From the IMG/VR virus record IMGVR_UViG_3300032309_001794: a stretch of 64,000 nucleotides of DNA; one strand, 5' to 3'. Numbering within the stretch: the first letter of the stretch is position 1; the number at the start of each line of letters is the position of its first letter. The position numbers and the translations under genes are program-made. The notes under the pieces were generated by a model. That model made no database searches. It saw only the letters and a program-made list of their open reading frames with translations, and had not been told where the DNA came from. The DNA is from an uncultured virus (IMG/VR IMGVR_UViG_3300032309_001794) (lineage: Duplodnaviria; Heunggongvirae; Uroviricota; Caudoviricetes). This document shows, piece after piece, positions 63,077 through 64,000 of the stretch.

Positions 63077-64000
63077 CTCTAGTATTAGCGTCCCGTGTAA
63101 CTACCCCAACAGCGGACCTAATGGAGAAACTGTTTATTGCTCTAAACCGGCTACTCATGTTGTCTACACTATTGATGAACCAGGTAACGAAAAGTCTTCT
63201 GTAGATAAGTTTAGTGTTCACCAAGCTTGTAAAGAACACGGAAAAGAAATGCAGCAAAATTTAAATTTTGCACATTTAGCCGGTAAAGGTCTTCAAAGAA
63301 ACTCAACTACTTTTTTAGCAGAGGGTGAAAAAGATTTTCCAAATGAATTTGCCGAACATATTAAAAAAGCACTTCGCAGAAATTATTTGTTAGAGACCAC
63401 AAAAAATAAATCCCCATTTGAAGAAGAAGATTACGGTGTAGCCCCCGGTGCACAACCTTTAACTGCTGAAGAAGCCGCTTACGAACATTCAAAAATGTTT
63501 GCCAGCAGTCTTGGAGAAGATGAGAGTTTTTTTCCAACGCCGGCTCCAAGTACTGGTTTAGAAGAGCTTCCAACAAAAGAGTTTTTAAGAGAATCTGATC
63601 CCGTAAAGCATTTTAATAGATTAGTTTCTGAAGAAGAACAAGCCCGTAGAGCTGCTGGAACAGACGCTTCACTAAGGTCAAGAGCACGTGCAGCAGGGGA
63701 ACCAGATGCTCCGCCTATTCGCAGGCCAGGTCGCCCTCTTCCTGTTGATAACGCCGGACAAGTTGGCGTAACTATGTATAGTCTTAGAAAAATTCAAAAA
63801 GGACGAGGTTTAACTGGGGCTCAAGAGCCAGGTTTACGAACCGAACGTCCAAACGAATCACTTACAGACATTTTTCCACCATCCGCTGATGCCCCAGCAA
63901 TTCCAAATCAAGCTCGTTTACGTGGAAGAGTTTCTCCAGTAGATGTATCCCCACAAGATAACGTTATTACTCAAGAAGACGAAGCTAGAGCATATCAACT
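63066..64000 (+). CDS. Hypothetical protein, truncated by window end
   Basis: Open frame from ATG 63066 to the end of the window; P/E/R-rich. Confidence 0.6.
   Translation, partial: MDNSSSISVPCNYPNSGPNGETVYCSKPATHVVYTIDEPGNEKSSVDKFSVHQACKEHGKEMQQNLNFAHLAGKGLQRNSTTFLAEGEKDFPNEFAEHIKKALRRNYLLETTKNKSPFEEEDYGVAPGAQPLTAEEAAYEHSKMFASSLGEDESFFPTPAPSTGLEELPTKEFLRESDPVKHFNRLVSEEEQARRAAGTDASLRSRARAAGEPDAPPIRRPGRPLPVDNAGQVGVTMYSLRKIQKGRGLTGAQEPGLRTERPNESLTDIFPPSADAPAIPNQARLRGRVSPVDVSPQDNVITQEDEARAYQ

Overview
This window is a large part of a tailed dsDNA bacteriophage genome with a contractile tail (myovirus). Every credible gene is on the + strand and genes are tightly packed. The host is most likely an actinobacterium (two WhiB genes); the AT-rich composition (roughly 40% GC by eye) fits low-GC freshwater Actinobacteria (inference). 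Gene order: small accessory genes (HNH-like, DUF6321-like, Dps, KTSC); terminase, portal, scaffold and N4-gp56-type major capsid; a ~13 kb fibre/decoration island (collagen-like GPT repeats, beta-helix, PKD/Fn3 proteins, GT2-TPR glycosyltransferase); five tiny Lys-rich genes; neck, sheath, tube, tape measure-M23 and baseplate; replication/recombination genes (initiator, DnaC, DnaB, primase, SNF2, SSB, PolA, RecA, Cas4-like, RuvC); SpoVS, a metallophosphoesterase and unknown disordered proteins. Best signals not explained by the ORF track: (1) a start-less +1-frame ORF behind a UUU_CGU site at the end of the gp26-like tail gene (candidate +1 frameshift); (2) a seven-copy promoter motif (G/T)TTNA-N4-GAY-N18-(T/G)ANNNT; (3) three terminator hairpins with C-rich anti-Shine-Dalgarno-like loops; (4) coupled protamine/H1-like and metallothionein-like micro-proteins; (5) an origin-like region inside the initiator gene. 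All family calls come from motif recognition by eye, not database searches.
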